Positions 13,621-26,846 of a stretch of 64,000 bases of DNA are shown piece after piece (position 1 is the stretch's first letter; each line of letters starts with the position of its first letter). A program made the position numbers and the translations under genes. Source of the DNA: Mobula birostris (lineage: Eukaryota); assembly GCF_030028105.1 (NCBI RefSeq), contig NC_092390.1, forward strand, positions 39,910,777-39,974,776. Direction: 5' to 3'. The notes below the pieces were generated by a model that was not told the origin of the DNA, did no database searches, and saw only the letters and a program-made list of their open reading frames with translations.

Positions 13621-14674
13621 AGGCAATATATAGACAAATCAATTCAACATAAACCTGTGTTTTGGCCAGCTAAATATGGATTGAAACAGCAGTGAAAATC
13701 CATTTAGGACAGACAGTCACATTGAATAATTTGATACAAAATAATTGAAATGCAGCCAGCCATGTCTAATCTACACCTACACAGTACTTTGGCCTAAGAA
13801 TTAAATAAATCTTGAGCAGACGTCCCAAAGGCATAGCTGGCTGACACAATTTTTAATAATTATTACATTAACAATTTTAAATTATACAGAAAGAAGACAG
13901 GAATCTAATTTTATAACTTTTTGGTTAACTTTCTAAAGAATATGTCAATATCATCTGCATTACAGTGGATGAAGATGATGTTGTAATTTTACACTATCCA
14001 TTGCTCTTTGGAATCTCCAGTATTGGACATCCTGATTCAGGGTCTTAATCTAAAACTTTGACTATCACTTTGTCTCTACAGATGCTCCACAATGTGCTGA
14101 GTTCCTCCAGTAGTTTGATTTATTTTTTGATCCAAATTCCAGCATCTGCAGTATTTTGTGTCTTCATCAGGGATCTATTATCGCTATGTGCTTTTGCCAG
14201 TTTAAACCAATAAATGGATATTCCAAATATTGCTTGTCCTTCTACATATTCAAGAGTTATTCAGGTATTATACAGAGGAGTAGTAACATCTTTACTACTG
14301 CTGCAGTTACCAGGAGATAAAGGGCACATGCTCACAGAGACAGTGGCATAGACTGAGAAAGGCTTTAGGTAATTGATATCTAGTCCAGCTTCATTTCAAT
14401 GCTGCCTGTTTATTCCAAACCCAAAGAAGGTGGAAAGCAATAAACAGCAGAATGCTACTTGTCCCCATTAGTACATGTTGAGAAGGGTCTTTCTGCTTCT
14501 TCTGTAGTAAAATTGAGATTTGGGAACCAGAAAAGTCATAATATTGGAATTCAGCCTCTTTGCATAAGAAAGGGGAGTCTTAGATAATCTGAAAAGTTGT
14601 ATAAATTCAATTGAAATCTGGTCTCTGTCTAGTAGGAAAGCCAAAGTAGCTTAAGGTCAAGATAAAATTACATA

Positions 14675-15499
14675 CAGTGCCTATAAAAAGTATTCCCCCC
14701 CCCCCGGAAGTTTTCATATTTTATTATTTTACAACATTGAATCACAGTGGATTTAATTTGGCTTTTTTGACATGGATCAACAGAAAAAGACTCTTTAGTG
14801 TCGAAGTGAAAACAGATCTCTACAAAGTGATCTAAATTAATTACAAATATAAAACGCAAAATAATTGATTGCATAAGTATTCAACCCCCCCCCCCCCTTT
14901 AATATGAAAGACCAAATCATCACTGGTGCAGCCAATTGGTTTTAGAAATCATATAATTAGTTAAATGGAGATCGCCGTGTGCAGCTAAGGTGTTTCAACT
15001 GATTGTAGTACAAATACACCCGCATCTGGAAGGTCCAACTGCTGGTGAGACAGTATCCTGGCAAATACTACACCATGAAGACAGAAGAACACACCGAGCA
15101 ACTCTGCAAAAAGGTTATTGAAAAGCACAAATTAGGAGATGGAGACAAGGAAATTTCCAAGTCACTGAATATCCCTTGGAGTATAGTTAAGTTGACCATC
15201 AGGAAATGGGAAGAATGTAGCACAGATGTAAATCTGCCTAGAGCAGACCATCCTCAAAAACTGAGTGACTATGCAAGAAGGGGTCTAGTGAGGGAGGCCA
15301 CCAAGAGACCTCCGACAACTCTGGAGGAATTAGAAGCTTCAGTGGCTGAGATGGGAGAGACTGTGCATACAACAACAGTTGCCTAGGTGTTTCACCAGTC
15401 GGAGCTTCCTGGGAGGGTGGCAAAGAGAAAGCCACTGTTGAAAAAAGCTCCCATGAAATCTCTGGTAGAGTTTGCCAGAAGGCACGTGGGAGACTCTGA
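14675..15499 (+). mobile_element. Tc1/mariner (IR/DR type) left end with truncated transposase N-terminus
   Basis: TA|cagtgcctataaaaagtattc with an inner repeat aagtattca at ~14875. MKTEEHTEQLCKKVIEKHKLG.G.KEISKSLNIP.S.V...IRKW (paired HTH), P.KLS, RVAKRKPLL. DDE domain and right end absent. Confidence 0.88.
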
Positions 15500-16804
15500 A
15501 TTTTCTTATAGTCTTGGTGAATGCTATGTTTAGTATTTGAAGAATTCAAATGGGAGGAAACCTGAGGGGGGGGGAAGCTTATAAAATAATAATGAGTAAA
15601 GTTATTTTACATCTTAGCTATTTTACTTGTTTTGCTTGCCAATTCTTTGTCTCTGCATATTTTCCTAGGCATTATCATTGCAATCGTTCTTTGTGTTCAT
15701 TAATTGTCTGCTTTTTTTATTCACTATGAGGATGGCAGTGCCCACCCTCACTGGTGTAAGCTGCCTTCTTGAATCTCATGTAGGGAATTCCTGCAGTGTG
15801 ATTCGGTGAGGATTAAGGTTTAGTGATACGTTTCTAGCCTAAGATAGTATATTTTCTTGAGGAAATTGCAGTCAATGGGATCCAAGCTGTCTGGTACCTT
15901 CACCTTTCTGTGTGGTGTTTTCAGCTGCTGCATATCTATAATTCCCTTTGTGATTCTCTCTTTGCTTTCTAGGTTCTCTTTGTTTTTGCCATCATGGACT
16001 TGATTCACTTTTTTTTAGATTTGTTTATTTTTCCAAACTGTGTGCGTGGCCTCCGTCGGTCGTTGTCGACCAAGGATACTGCGCCTCTGGTAGTCACTGG
16101 GAGTGGCCCCTCCAGGGTGCAAGCCAGGGCAGAGTTGATATGGAGATCCGTCTGTTGCCCATGCCGTGGGACCCCCTCTCCGTGCTGATGACAGGTCCAA
16201 AGGAACGATGAAAGTCGATACAGTTTGATGCCAGCAGCATCACAGGAGTTGCTGTGCCGGTGCTGGGTACAGCAGTCAGCCGCCTTCGGGATTCCGTCTC
16301 CGGATTTTTCCTCAGGGTTTATTCCCAAAGCCTTTCCCGTGAGCAGATATAGCCGCAAGGCAGCGGAGGTTTGAAATTGGAGCTTTCCCTCTCCTAGATG
16401 AGCTACCATCTGTGGTTAACGAGCCCCATCTGCCTGGAGCAACTGGTTTTAAGGCGCCAGTGGCCCACCTTTGCCCCTTCTCCTGTCAGTGAGAGCAGCT
16501 CCGCCGGGCATAAGAGCTATGCCACACGTGAAGGCCAGGAGTTGGACTTGGTAGTCAGAGGCTGTTTGAGATGCACGGCATGAAGAGCATTTGTTTAACA
16601 GTAGGAGCACGTCTATGACTACCTTTGGAGCCTTTTCCAAAGTAAGCTTCAACAAAAGACACCTCATGGATACCGGCTCTACTCTTTCCACACTCATGAC
16701 TCTGTGTGGCTAAGCACAGCTCAAATGCCATATATACATTCTTTGGTCTTCTGTACACCTCCTGATTGTCTTCTGAGATTTTATCAATGGCAATGAGAAG
16801 ATGT

Positions 16805-17460
16805 ACAGCAGTGAGATTTTTATAGGTCAGCAGTGGGAAGGGTCAGCAGCTTTCTTGGGTGTCAACATCTCCAAAGATCTGTCCTGGACCCAATACCTTG
16901 ACACAATTATGAAGAAGGCACTCCAGTGGCTCAACTTTGTTTGGAATTTTGGAAGACTTGATATATCAACGCTTACAAATTTCTACGAATGTACAGTGCA
17001 GAGTTCTCTGACTTGTATGCATCGCTGCCTGATATGGAGGCTCCAGTGCACAGAATTACAAGAGGCTGCAGAGGGTTCTAGATTGAGCTAGCTCCATCAG
17101 GGGCTTAACCCTCCAACCATTGAGGACATTTTCAAGAGGTGTTACCTGAGGAAAGCGGTATCCAACGTTAAGAAACCTTACCATCTGGGACATGCCCCCT
17201 TCTCGTTAATACTGATAAAGAGGAGGTACAGAAGTCTGAAGACTCACACTCAACAATTCAGGAACAGCTTCTTCCCCTCCATCATCATATTTCTGAATGG
17301 TCCATGAACCTATGAACACTATCTCATTATTCAGTTTTGGCCCTATTTATTTGTTTTGTAATTTATAGTAAACTTGATGTCTTTGCATTGCACTGCTGCA
17401 GCAAAACAACAAATTTCATGTCTTGTAAGACAGTGATAATAAACCTAATTTTGATTCCAC
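16805..17460 (+). mobile_element. Old Rex-Babar 3' fragment
   Basis: FLGVNISKDLSW, TNFYECTVQS, QFRNSFFPSII and the gtgataataaacctaattttgattc tail. Confidence 0.8.
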
Positions 17461-18954
17461 TTTCTCCTTGTCTCCATTGGTTTTATATTGATTATGTCTG
17501 TGTCCATGTTGCATCCCCTTTTATAAATATTTCTTTGCATTTCTTTGAACTTTTGTATTTCCTTTTCTTTTCCTGTGTGCTTAACTCTGTCACTTAGCCA
17601 AAGCATAGACATGGTTTGAAACTGCTTTACAAACACTGCAAGTTAAATGTAGTGTTGCACAATGAATTGAGAATCTCTGAGACATTTAGAGAATATCTCA
17701 GTGCCCATTTAGGTTGAGTTTCTGCCAAGAACTGAGCAAATATGCCAATTTGTGTCCTTTTGTTTGAAGGTACATAAATGCTTCATGAAGAGAAGATTAC
17801 TACAAAAATTGGGAGATTTGCCAGGTACACAGATTGTCCAGTCAGTTCACCTTGACACCCTATTTTTGGCTCACTTTTACAAAGGCATCAAAGGAGAAGG
17901 TGCATAATACACAGCATAACAGATGGTCAAGGGATGAAGTACAGACATGTTCAGGTCTTTGATTGCTTAGGGACTTGTAGTCCTTGAGTGATGACATGGT
18001 ATGCACTTCTGTAATCCATCTTTCAGCCTATTCCCGCCATAACCCATAAAAAATAAGAAGTTATTTATTAAAGTACAGCTTGCTTCTTGTTAGTGGAGAG
18101 GATGTCGGCAAGGAAAATACAAAAGAAAACAAGAACATATAAAATATGAATGTACTTACAAATTATTCACTGATAGTAGTAATGGCATACATTTGTTGAA
18201 TGAGAAAAATAGACAAAATCTGGTTTCCCTTCTAATGATATATTCTGCATTACCAATAGGGTAAACGCTGAGCATGAAAAGGCAACATTTATCACATAAT
18301 AAAACTATAATTTATTTAATAGTCAATCTACTTCTTTGCTGCCACTTAGAATGAACATTGCAGTCTGTCTAGTTAAATTTATATTTTAACTAGCTCCTTA
18401 TCTTCCATGTTTGCTTAGAATGCACGGAGAAGCTCATCATTTATATTGAAGTGTCTCAGATTATATAATGCAGATACAGTGAAGATTCAGTGTTGTAATT
18501 GCTTCAAAATCCTACTCTCTGCTGCTTGATTATCAGCTTCCGAGATCGGAAGACCATCCAAAAGGACAATCGTGATCCATTTTAAAATTAAAAAAAAACT
18601 GATGCCAGAAGCATTCTTCAAAATGTCAAAAAACATTCTAAAGATTTTTGATGACCTCAGCCGTTCATTGAGGATCAACTAAAATCATAGGCATCAAACA
18701 AACAACAACTAGCTTGCAAGGCACTGCTGCAGTAGCAAAGTCATAAAACAGTTTGGAAACAATTTTTAATCTGTTTTTTCAATAAATGGCAAAAAAGTAA
18801 AATTACAGATAAATACTTAATAACTAAATAAATTTAATAAGGGTATGTAAAGTTATGAGAAGTAGACAGGGTAGTTTGAGTCTTCTTTTAGGGTAGAAAT
18901 GCCAAATACTGGAGCACATAGCTTTAAGGAGAAAAGTTAAAAGGAGATTTGCAA

Positions 18955-19892
18955 CACACATCAAAGTTGCTGAGGCCAGGCAGCATCTGTAGGAAGAGGT
19001 GCAGTCGATGTTTCAGGCCGAGACCCTTTGTCAGGACTAACTGAAGGAAGAGTGAGTAAGGGATTTGAAAGTTGGAGGGGGAGGGGGAGATCCAAAATGA
19101 TAGGAGAAGATAGGAGGGGGAGGGATAGAGCCAAGAGCTGGACAGGTGATAGGCAAAAGGCAATACGAGAGGATCATGGGACAGGAGGTCCGGGAAGAAA
19201 GACAAGGGGGGGGGGAGACAGGACCCAGAGGATGGGCAAGAGGTATATTCAGAGGGACAGAGGGAGAAAAAGGAGAGTGAGAGAAAGAATGTGTGCATAG
19301 AAATAAGTAACAGATGGGGTACGAGGGGGAGGTGGGGCCTTAGCAGAAGTTAGAGAAGTCGATGTTCATGCCATCAGATTGGAGGAACAACACCTTATAT
19401 TCCGTCTGGGTAGCCTCCAACCTGATGGCATGAACATCGACTTCTCTAACTTCCGCTAAGGCCCCACCTCCCCCTCGTACCCCATCTGTTACTTATTTCT
19501 ATGCACACATTCTTTCTCTCACTCTCCTTTTTCTCCCTCTGTCCCTCTGAATATACCTCTTGCCCATCCTCTGGGTCCCCCCCCCCTGTCTTTCTTCCCG
19601 GACCTCCTGTCCCATGATACTCTCATATCCCCTTTTGCCAATCACCTGTCCAGCTCTTGGCTCCATCCCTCCCCCTCCTGTCTTCTCCTATCATTTTGGA
19701 TCTCCCCCTCCCCCTCCAACTTTCAAATCCCTTACTCACTCTTCCTTCAGTTAGTCCTGACGAAGGGTCTCGGCCTGAAACATCGACTGTACCTCTTCCT
19801 AGAGATGCTGCCTGGCCTGCTGCGTTCACCAGCAACTTTGATGTGTGTTGCTTGAATTTCCAGCATCTGCAGAATTCCTGTTGTTTGCGTTT
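18955..19892 (+). mobile_element. Penelope-like element 3' end with inverted pseudo-LTR (~430-bp arms, 28-nt spacer), 13-bp TSD
   Basis: Spacer plus right arm encode the GIY-YIG protein C-terminus EQHLIFRLGSLQPDGMNIDFSNFR*. 18955-19385 is the reverse complement of 19414-~19850. TSD aggagatttgcaa at 18942-18954 and 19893-19905, inside a CR1 remnant. Confidence 0.9.
19753..19788 (+). ncRNA. Minimal type I hammerhead ribozyme motif in the Penelope pLTR
   Basis: agtc-CTGACGA-agggtctcggcct-GAAAC-ATC-gact: stem I agtc/gact, stem II agg/cct, intact core. The stem III ACGT palindrome is mutated to ACAT. Confidence 0.75.
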
Positions 19893-22800
19893 AGGAGATT
19901 TGCAAAGCAAGTTCTTTTACACAGAACATAACGTATCTGCAACGTGCTGCTAGGGGAAGTGATGAAAACATACAAGAGCAACACTTGGGAAGAATTTAGG
20001 TAGTCACCTGAATACATGGGAAATGGAGCGTTATTGGCAATGTGCAGGCAGATGGGATCAGTTTCATTTGCCAGTCATGGTCAGCATATCATGTGTTGAA
20101 AGGCCTTTTCCTGCACTGCGCTGTACATTCTATGCTCTAATGTTTAATGGTGTGATATTAATAGTCTCTTGCATATTATTTTTAAAATTTAGATTACAGG
20201 TTAAATTCTCTATTCATGTTTCAGGCAATAGAATTTTGCTGAAGTGTGGTCGCATTTCTAACCTGAACTGTAATTTAAGTATAGTATTTTACAGAAGTAT
20301 TATGTCATTTCACAACACTGTAATGAGAACTTTCTGAATGAAGGAAAGTATAGGGTTGGATGTGATTTCATCAGAAAGTCTGGAATAGATTGTAGCAGGT
20401 TTATAAATCCCTAGATTTTTATTTTCTGTCAAGAGCAGCCTTGATATTGAGGGCAGTCAGCTTCACCTCACATCTGGAATTCTGTTCCTTTGTCCAGCTT
20501 TAGATGAAAGCTATTATGAGGTCTGGACCCATGTATTCCTGGTGGAATCCAATATGAAATCAGTGAGTAGGATATTAATGAGTAAGTGCTACTCGATAGC
20601 ACTGTCAACGATCCCTACCATCAATTTGCTGGTGAATGAGAATTCATGGATGGGGTGTATAGTTCGCCAGATCAAATTTGCTCTGTGGCTAGGACATACT
20701 TGGGCAATTTTCCACACCACTACACGTCTTTGCTTATGGTACAACTAGATTTGAAGCACTGGTCTTCATCACTGCAGCCTGGATTTTGTCAGGGGCAATA
20801 TACCTGGAATCTAGACCGTGTAACGATGTACTTTTGTGCACTATACCATCAGAAAAAAATAAAACTAAAGAATAATTGGAGACTGAAATGCCTGATGAAG
20901 TGCTCTTCCTAACAAATCTTTGTGTGTTTGGAGTAATACTGTACAGATAAGCTCAGTTATATAAAGGAGTACCCAATGTTGTGCAAAGTACCACTTGTAG
21001 AGTTATCGCCTGCTTGAGTGTGGCCATGGAGGTCGACTTGGACCCCATCAGTAAGCATTTACTTACTTGACATTTCCTCCCATATAAACCCCTTAGCTCA
21101 CGCCTTCCCCACCTCCTGGCCAACCAGCTTTCAAAACAAACAATGATCTATCAGTCACATCACTCCAGTCTACCAGATTGAGCACCCCCACATAACCATG
21201 CCCCACATACTACTCTGCCCTCTCCTCGCCCCCACCATAACCAGCACAATACCCCCATCTACGAACACCCACACACATACCCACCACTGCTCAACCCCCT
21301 GACTTGGCTAACAGCGTCCTACTCTGAGATTCCCATAGTCCAATCCCAGTCCAATGACTCAACCACCCTCATCATCTCAGCCCAATGGTTCCCCCATTTA
21401 CAGGCTGTCAACCCCAGGTCAGTGTGCTTTGTATGACAATGAGTTTTGTAGCAGAGGCCCTTGGCTCTCCTTCCTCCAACAGTGTAGCTGGGCATTTTAA
21501 TGGATCTAAACATTCATCGTTCAGTTTATTGGATACATATGGAGTACATGTTTTTTTCTGGATATCATGTGAAATGAATTAAATTTTCTAAAGCTTGGCA
21601 TCTCCAGTTGGGAGATGCAGAAGGAGACTGCAGCAATTGGCAGAACTAGCAGATAGGTTTACAATTTTGGACATTGGTGCAGGGAGAACATGAGGAACTA
21701 CTGTGTGTGCTTACTTAGAAAGTAGTTATGACCTGCAACTGATGAAAACAGAATCAGTGCCTTAAAATATACCTTAAAAAGAATAATCAGTAGTGCTACT
21801 GGGAAAGAATGAGGCAAAAGGATTGCAGCAATAGGAATGTTCTAAAGGCAATGTAGAATTGATAGGTTGAAAGGTCTTCTTCTTCACATTCATGTTCCTC
21901 ACATTTTTTCCTCAGTCAATTCCTAATGGGAAGCCAAGTACTTAAACTTAAAGTACTGAACTTGAAGTGGTAAATATCAACCTATGGTAACAAGACTGCT
22001 CTCGATAGGTGGGCAAAATAAATTACTGGTGACTACAGTAATTAACAACAGGCAGGAAAGAAAACCTCATTTTAGCTCTGAAGCAGAAGGTTCACTTTAG
22101 AATAAATGGTGGAAAGAACCTGAATTCTGCAAAATCAGACAATGAAACTTGGTGTAATATTGTTCAGCAAACAATCACGTTGGGGACAGCCACTGCCCTT
22201 TGAAAATGGGTACTCAGCCAGTCAAGAGTGCTGCTGCTAAAGGCATAATAACGGTGGACCAATCTGCTTAATTATAATAATTTGGGAGAAAGGAATGAGG
22301 CCAACACATACTTGCAGCGTGACCTAAAAAAAGCAATTAACTCTAATGGAACTGTGAATTCAGCACCAAGTGCACTGGGCTGTCTGACCTGCTGAGTTCC
22401 TTCAGCGTTTTGTGTATTGCAATTGTGCTTAGCCGCCTGAATCTGCAGGGTTCGTGTCCTCAGAGGGGGTTGGTGGAGAGTCAGGGCTATGATTCACTGA
22501 GTACAGGACCGGGGAGTGGTGTCTAAATAAAACAGCTTAGTTTTATCTTTATTTCACTGATTTTCTATGTATTATCATTAAAGTTCTCAAAGAATAGTCC
22601 AACCAGAAATTCCTGTATAATCTAATGCCAACTGATGACAGAATTTAAGGTGAATGTATTAGACATACTGTAGGTGTGAAATAGTGGAATAATGTCTTTG
22701 AAAGTTTGTTGTTGAAGTACAGCTTATTTTAAAGTTAAATTTCCACGTTTCATTTCAGGTAGCACTGGAGTGTCAATGGAACTTCTGTGACAGTAGGTAG

Positions 22801-23369
22801 AGGCAGCTGTAGATGGCTAATTATGCAGACTTTAGTTTGGCTGGGTGAGCAAGGAAGATTCGACTGTTCTCAGAATAACATGCCAGAGTAATTTAGGCAA
22901 TATGCACTACTACTACTACTACCACGTCGACTCAGGCCTTGTTACTGGTACCACGTAGCCCAGTACTACCAGTCTCGGGTTGGGTTGTCAACAACTCAAC
23001 CGGCACACCCCCTGGTGCACTTCGGTTACCCAGGGAGGAGGGTGTGTAGGCACCCAGCAGGACTAAAAACAAAACCTGTCAAAGGGCGGATGAACTCCTT
23101 GTGAGTCAACGGCCACCTACTGTCTGTGTGAGGAGTGGCGTGCCACACAGTCTTTCGTTTTGCACCTTGTAAGGCATAAGGCATAAGGCAAGGCAATATG
23201 CAACTGTACATTAACTTCTTGTGTAACCGTTGTCATAATGCACAAAATATACAAAACACCTTTTATTTGAATTTACTTTTAAGGATCAAGGACATAAATC
23301 TGTGATCATAAGGTATGAATCGAAATATAATATTAGCCTGTTGTACTGTCAGAATGTCAAACATCTGAC

Positions 23370-24375
23370 CACAAGAACACAATTCAAAGGAGCAGAATTA
23401 GGCTATTCAACCGATTGAATCTGCTCCACCATTTCATCATGGCTGATTTATTATCCCTCTCAACTTCATTTTCCTGCCTTCTTCACATATCCATTGACAC
23501 CCTTACTAAACAAAAACCTATCAACCTCCACTTTAAATTTACGCAATGACTTAGTCTGGAACAAATGATTCAGTTGAAACATTTAAGAGAATTTGAATGA
23601 GTATGTGGATATATAGGCATCCGTTAGTCTCATGAGACCGTGGATTTGCGCCTTGGAAGGTTTCCAGGGCACAGGCCTGGGCAAGGTTGTATGGAAGACC
23701 AGCAGTTTCCCATGCTGCAAGGCTCCCCTCTCCATGCCACCGATATTGTCCAAGAGAAGGGCATTAGGACCCATACAGCTTGGCACCGGTGTCGTCGCAG
23801 AGCAATGTGTGGTTAAGTGCCTTGCTCAAGGACACATATGCTGCCTCAGCCAAGGCTCGAACTAGCGACCTTCAAATCTCTAGACGAACGCCTTAACCAC
23901 TTGGCCACGTATATGGATAAGATGGGTATAAATGCATATGGTCTGCGTGCAAGTGAAAGTGAATAGAACTAGACAAACATGGACTAGATGGGCAGATTCA
24001 CCACCCTCAGGCTAAAGGAATTTTTCATCATCTCTGTTCTAAATGGATGTCCCTCTATTCTGAGACTGTGTCCTCTGGTCCTAAACTCCCTCACTATTGG
24101 AAACATCCTAATTTGCACATCCAATCTGTCTAGGCCTTCCTTTCAATAGTCAATAGATTTTCAATGAGATCCTCCCTCATTCTTCTAAACTCCAGCAAGT
24201 AAAAGTTGTTTCAGCATCTCTATTTACAATGGCCACTCATCATTGTTGCCAATCAGGAGGCATAGATCTACAGAAAGATGGACCTTTTCCATATTTCAGT
24301 TGTACCTGGCCAAAGCTTCTGTGAACTGCTGACAAAGATGATGGGCCGAATTGCCTAATTCTGCTCCTATGCCTT
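23370..24375 (-). mobile_element. Cluster of degenerate CR1 3' fragments around a SINE insertion
   Basis: aggagcagaattaggctattc, gaatctgctccaccatt and tgtcctctggtcct are CR1 3' UTR/C-terminal motifs in antisense. Confidence 0.6.
23617..23910 (-). mobile_element. tRNA-derived SINE whose 3' half is shared with the RTE-related repeats
   Basis: A-box tggccaagtgg, B-box agttcgagcc, gtgtccttgagcaaggcactt body; 3' half resembles 9885-10060. Confidence 0.75.
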
Positions 24376-26846
24376 ATGGTCCCTTTCCTACTTTTGACAG
24401 ATTTCCCCGTTTGATGGAATCCAAACATGAATCACTAGCCACGTTTAGTGAGTAGCTAATTCCACCTGAAAGCAAATCAAAGGGAAGGTAACTCATTGAA
24501 GAATTAGACAAATTTCTTTTCCGCTCTGCGAGAGCTAAATCAGTAATCACAGCCAACTCTGATATTGCCCATTCGATTCCACCTTGTAAACTACATTGAT
24601 TATCTTTGACTGCTAACCACATCTACACAAAGGAAACTTAAGCAATGTGGAAGTGCTACTGTAAGAAAAGTGATTCACTACCCCTCAAGTGATGGAAACT
24701 TTGACTCACTACGGTCAAAAGTCACAGTGATTTGCTGAAGGTACAGTATATCTCTCTTCCATCCACATCTACTAAAGTAAAGAGCTAAGGTCAAATCACT
24801 TTTCTATAATTTGTAACTATAGCAATACCACATGAACTTGCTGGCACTTAAGCAAAATTTGCACATTAATAGGAGGCACAAAATAACTTCGACATTTGGC
24901 AAGAGTTCGAAAGGTCATATATAATCACTGCCACACAGCTTCATATACCGTTTCCTGTATCTATGAACTCTCACTCATTCAAGATTGTTGCTGTTATTAT
25001 CTAAAGTTAAACTGCAGAGTTAATTACCATTTTTTGAAGTAGGGTTATTGGAGCATTTCTTTGCATGTGTGAAATCTGTCACTTGTCCTTTGGCAGATGA
25101 GCCAAAATTTCCCAAAGACTTTGTTTATTGAGTAAGCGCTAGAGTTGATTTAATGAGACATCTGTTCTTGTTCCAGTTGTGTTTTGTTCCACACTGTTGT
25201 TACGCTACCTTATCTGTTGCATCTGCTGCAGTTTGAACTTATAATTGCTGCAGAGCTTCTGAAATATACACCTTCTGATTGATCCAAGAATTTAATCCAA
25301 AAATTCATCTATACAGTTGCATTGGTTCTAGGAATTGGAATGCTTCAGCTGAGTTCATAATGAATGCATTGGAGAAAATCTCCCAAAAAATCCTTAAAGA
25401 TTTTTGACTGAAATACTTCACGTCTGTACTCATTCATTCGTTATATGCCGTGTTGTGAGACACAGATGATCATCGTCTTTCCATGACCATGACTGCTCTT
25501 GGCAAGTTTTTTCTGCAGTTTTTTTCCGCAGAAGTGGTTTGCCATTGCCTTCTTCTGGGCAGTGACCCCAACCATTATCAATACTCTTCAGAGATTGTCT
25601 GCCTGGTGTGAGTGGTCGCATAACAGGACTTGTGATATGCACTAGCTCTTTATACAGCCACCCACCACCTTCTGTCATGGCTTCATATGACTCTGATTGG
25701 GGGAGGGGGTAACTAAGCAGGTGAACTGCAGGCTAGTGGAGGGAAGGAACGCCTTTCTCCTCCTTTGATAGAGATGTATCTCCACCCCACCTCCCTGCAC
25801 TGAGTAGTGCATCTGTACTACTCAGTGGAAATAGTAACCTAGTTACTTTAATTATGTTTTCAAGTACAATATGGAAGAGCAGTAGTGCAGATAGGGTAAT
25901 ATATTACATGTTGGTTGCTACAGATGTAGTTTCCATTCTAAAATGGTGTCCACAGTGACAAGAGTAGCAGTTTGTTTTACCTTCTCTTATTTGATGCAAT
26001 ATATCATTGTTGGTTTAATATTATCGCATTAAATGAGATACAGCTTTTGATCTGTGTGCTATCCAGTCAGATTATGCCATACATAACTGCATCAAGGTTG
26101 AAAAAGAAATCAGAATGAAAAATATAGTGTTGCAAGTACAGAGAAAATGCAGTGCAGGCCGACAAATAAAATGCAAGGGCCACGATGAGGTAGACTGAGA
26201 GATCGAGAGTCCTAGAGTTCACCCTCTATTTCATGAGAAGACTGTTCAAGGGTCTGATAACAGTGGGATAGAAGTTGTTCTTAGTCTGCTGGTTCATGCT
26301 CAGCATAATGAGACCATTAAACCAATTACTGTGGAACACAGATGCAATATCAGTGCTGCCTTTTTACAATAGCCTGCCTAATGTGCTCTAACATCGTGCA
26401 TTGCTGAAGGCACTCGAACGTTACTTGTTAAAAGATTCATCAGTTCTTACAAATAATTACTGATTTCTGCTGGCTGTAATAGTAATGCTACAAGTTGATT
26501 AAGTAGTTTTAGGTATATGAACTGCTGCTGGAAGTTGCAAGAGGGCTACTGCTGTTCTGTCTATATGGCTTCTGCACAGCTCAAATTGTCCCAGATATGA
26601 CTGTGTTCTCCTTGGATAACAGCATTACTGCAAGACGGGTTAAAGGGCACATAGTGGAAGACAAACTGCTGAAGCTGGTGGAAGAGGAGGAAAGATCTTT
26701 CAGCAGCCCATATCTGCGCAAGGTGTTCAGAGAGAAATTCTCTATCTGAACCATTAAGGATCATAGAATAAGACACTTAATAAAAACATCCTCATTGAAA
26801 CCCCCCATCTGCTGCAGCCATGATTACAATTTCAGTGTGGGGCAAT

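Noticed and set aside
18487-18678. 63-aa minus ORF as a nested gene exon
   Set aside because: Runs through a poly-T tract, has no donor or recognisable homology; consistent with chance.
23860-23910. tRNA gene (also 12203-12270)
   Set aside because: A and B boxes only, no acceptor stem, continues into a SINE body.
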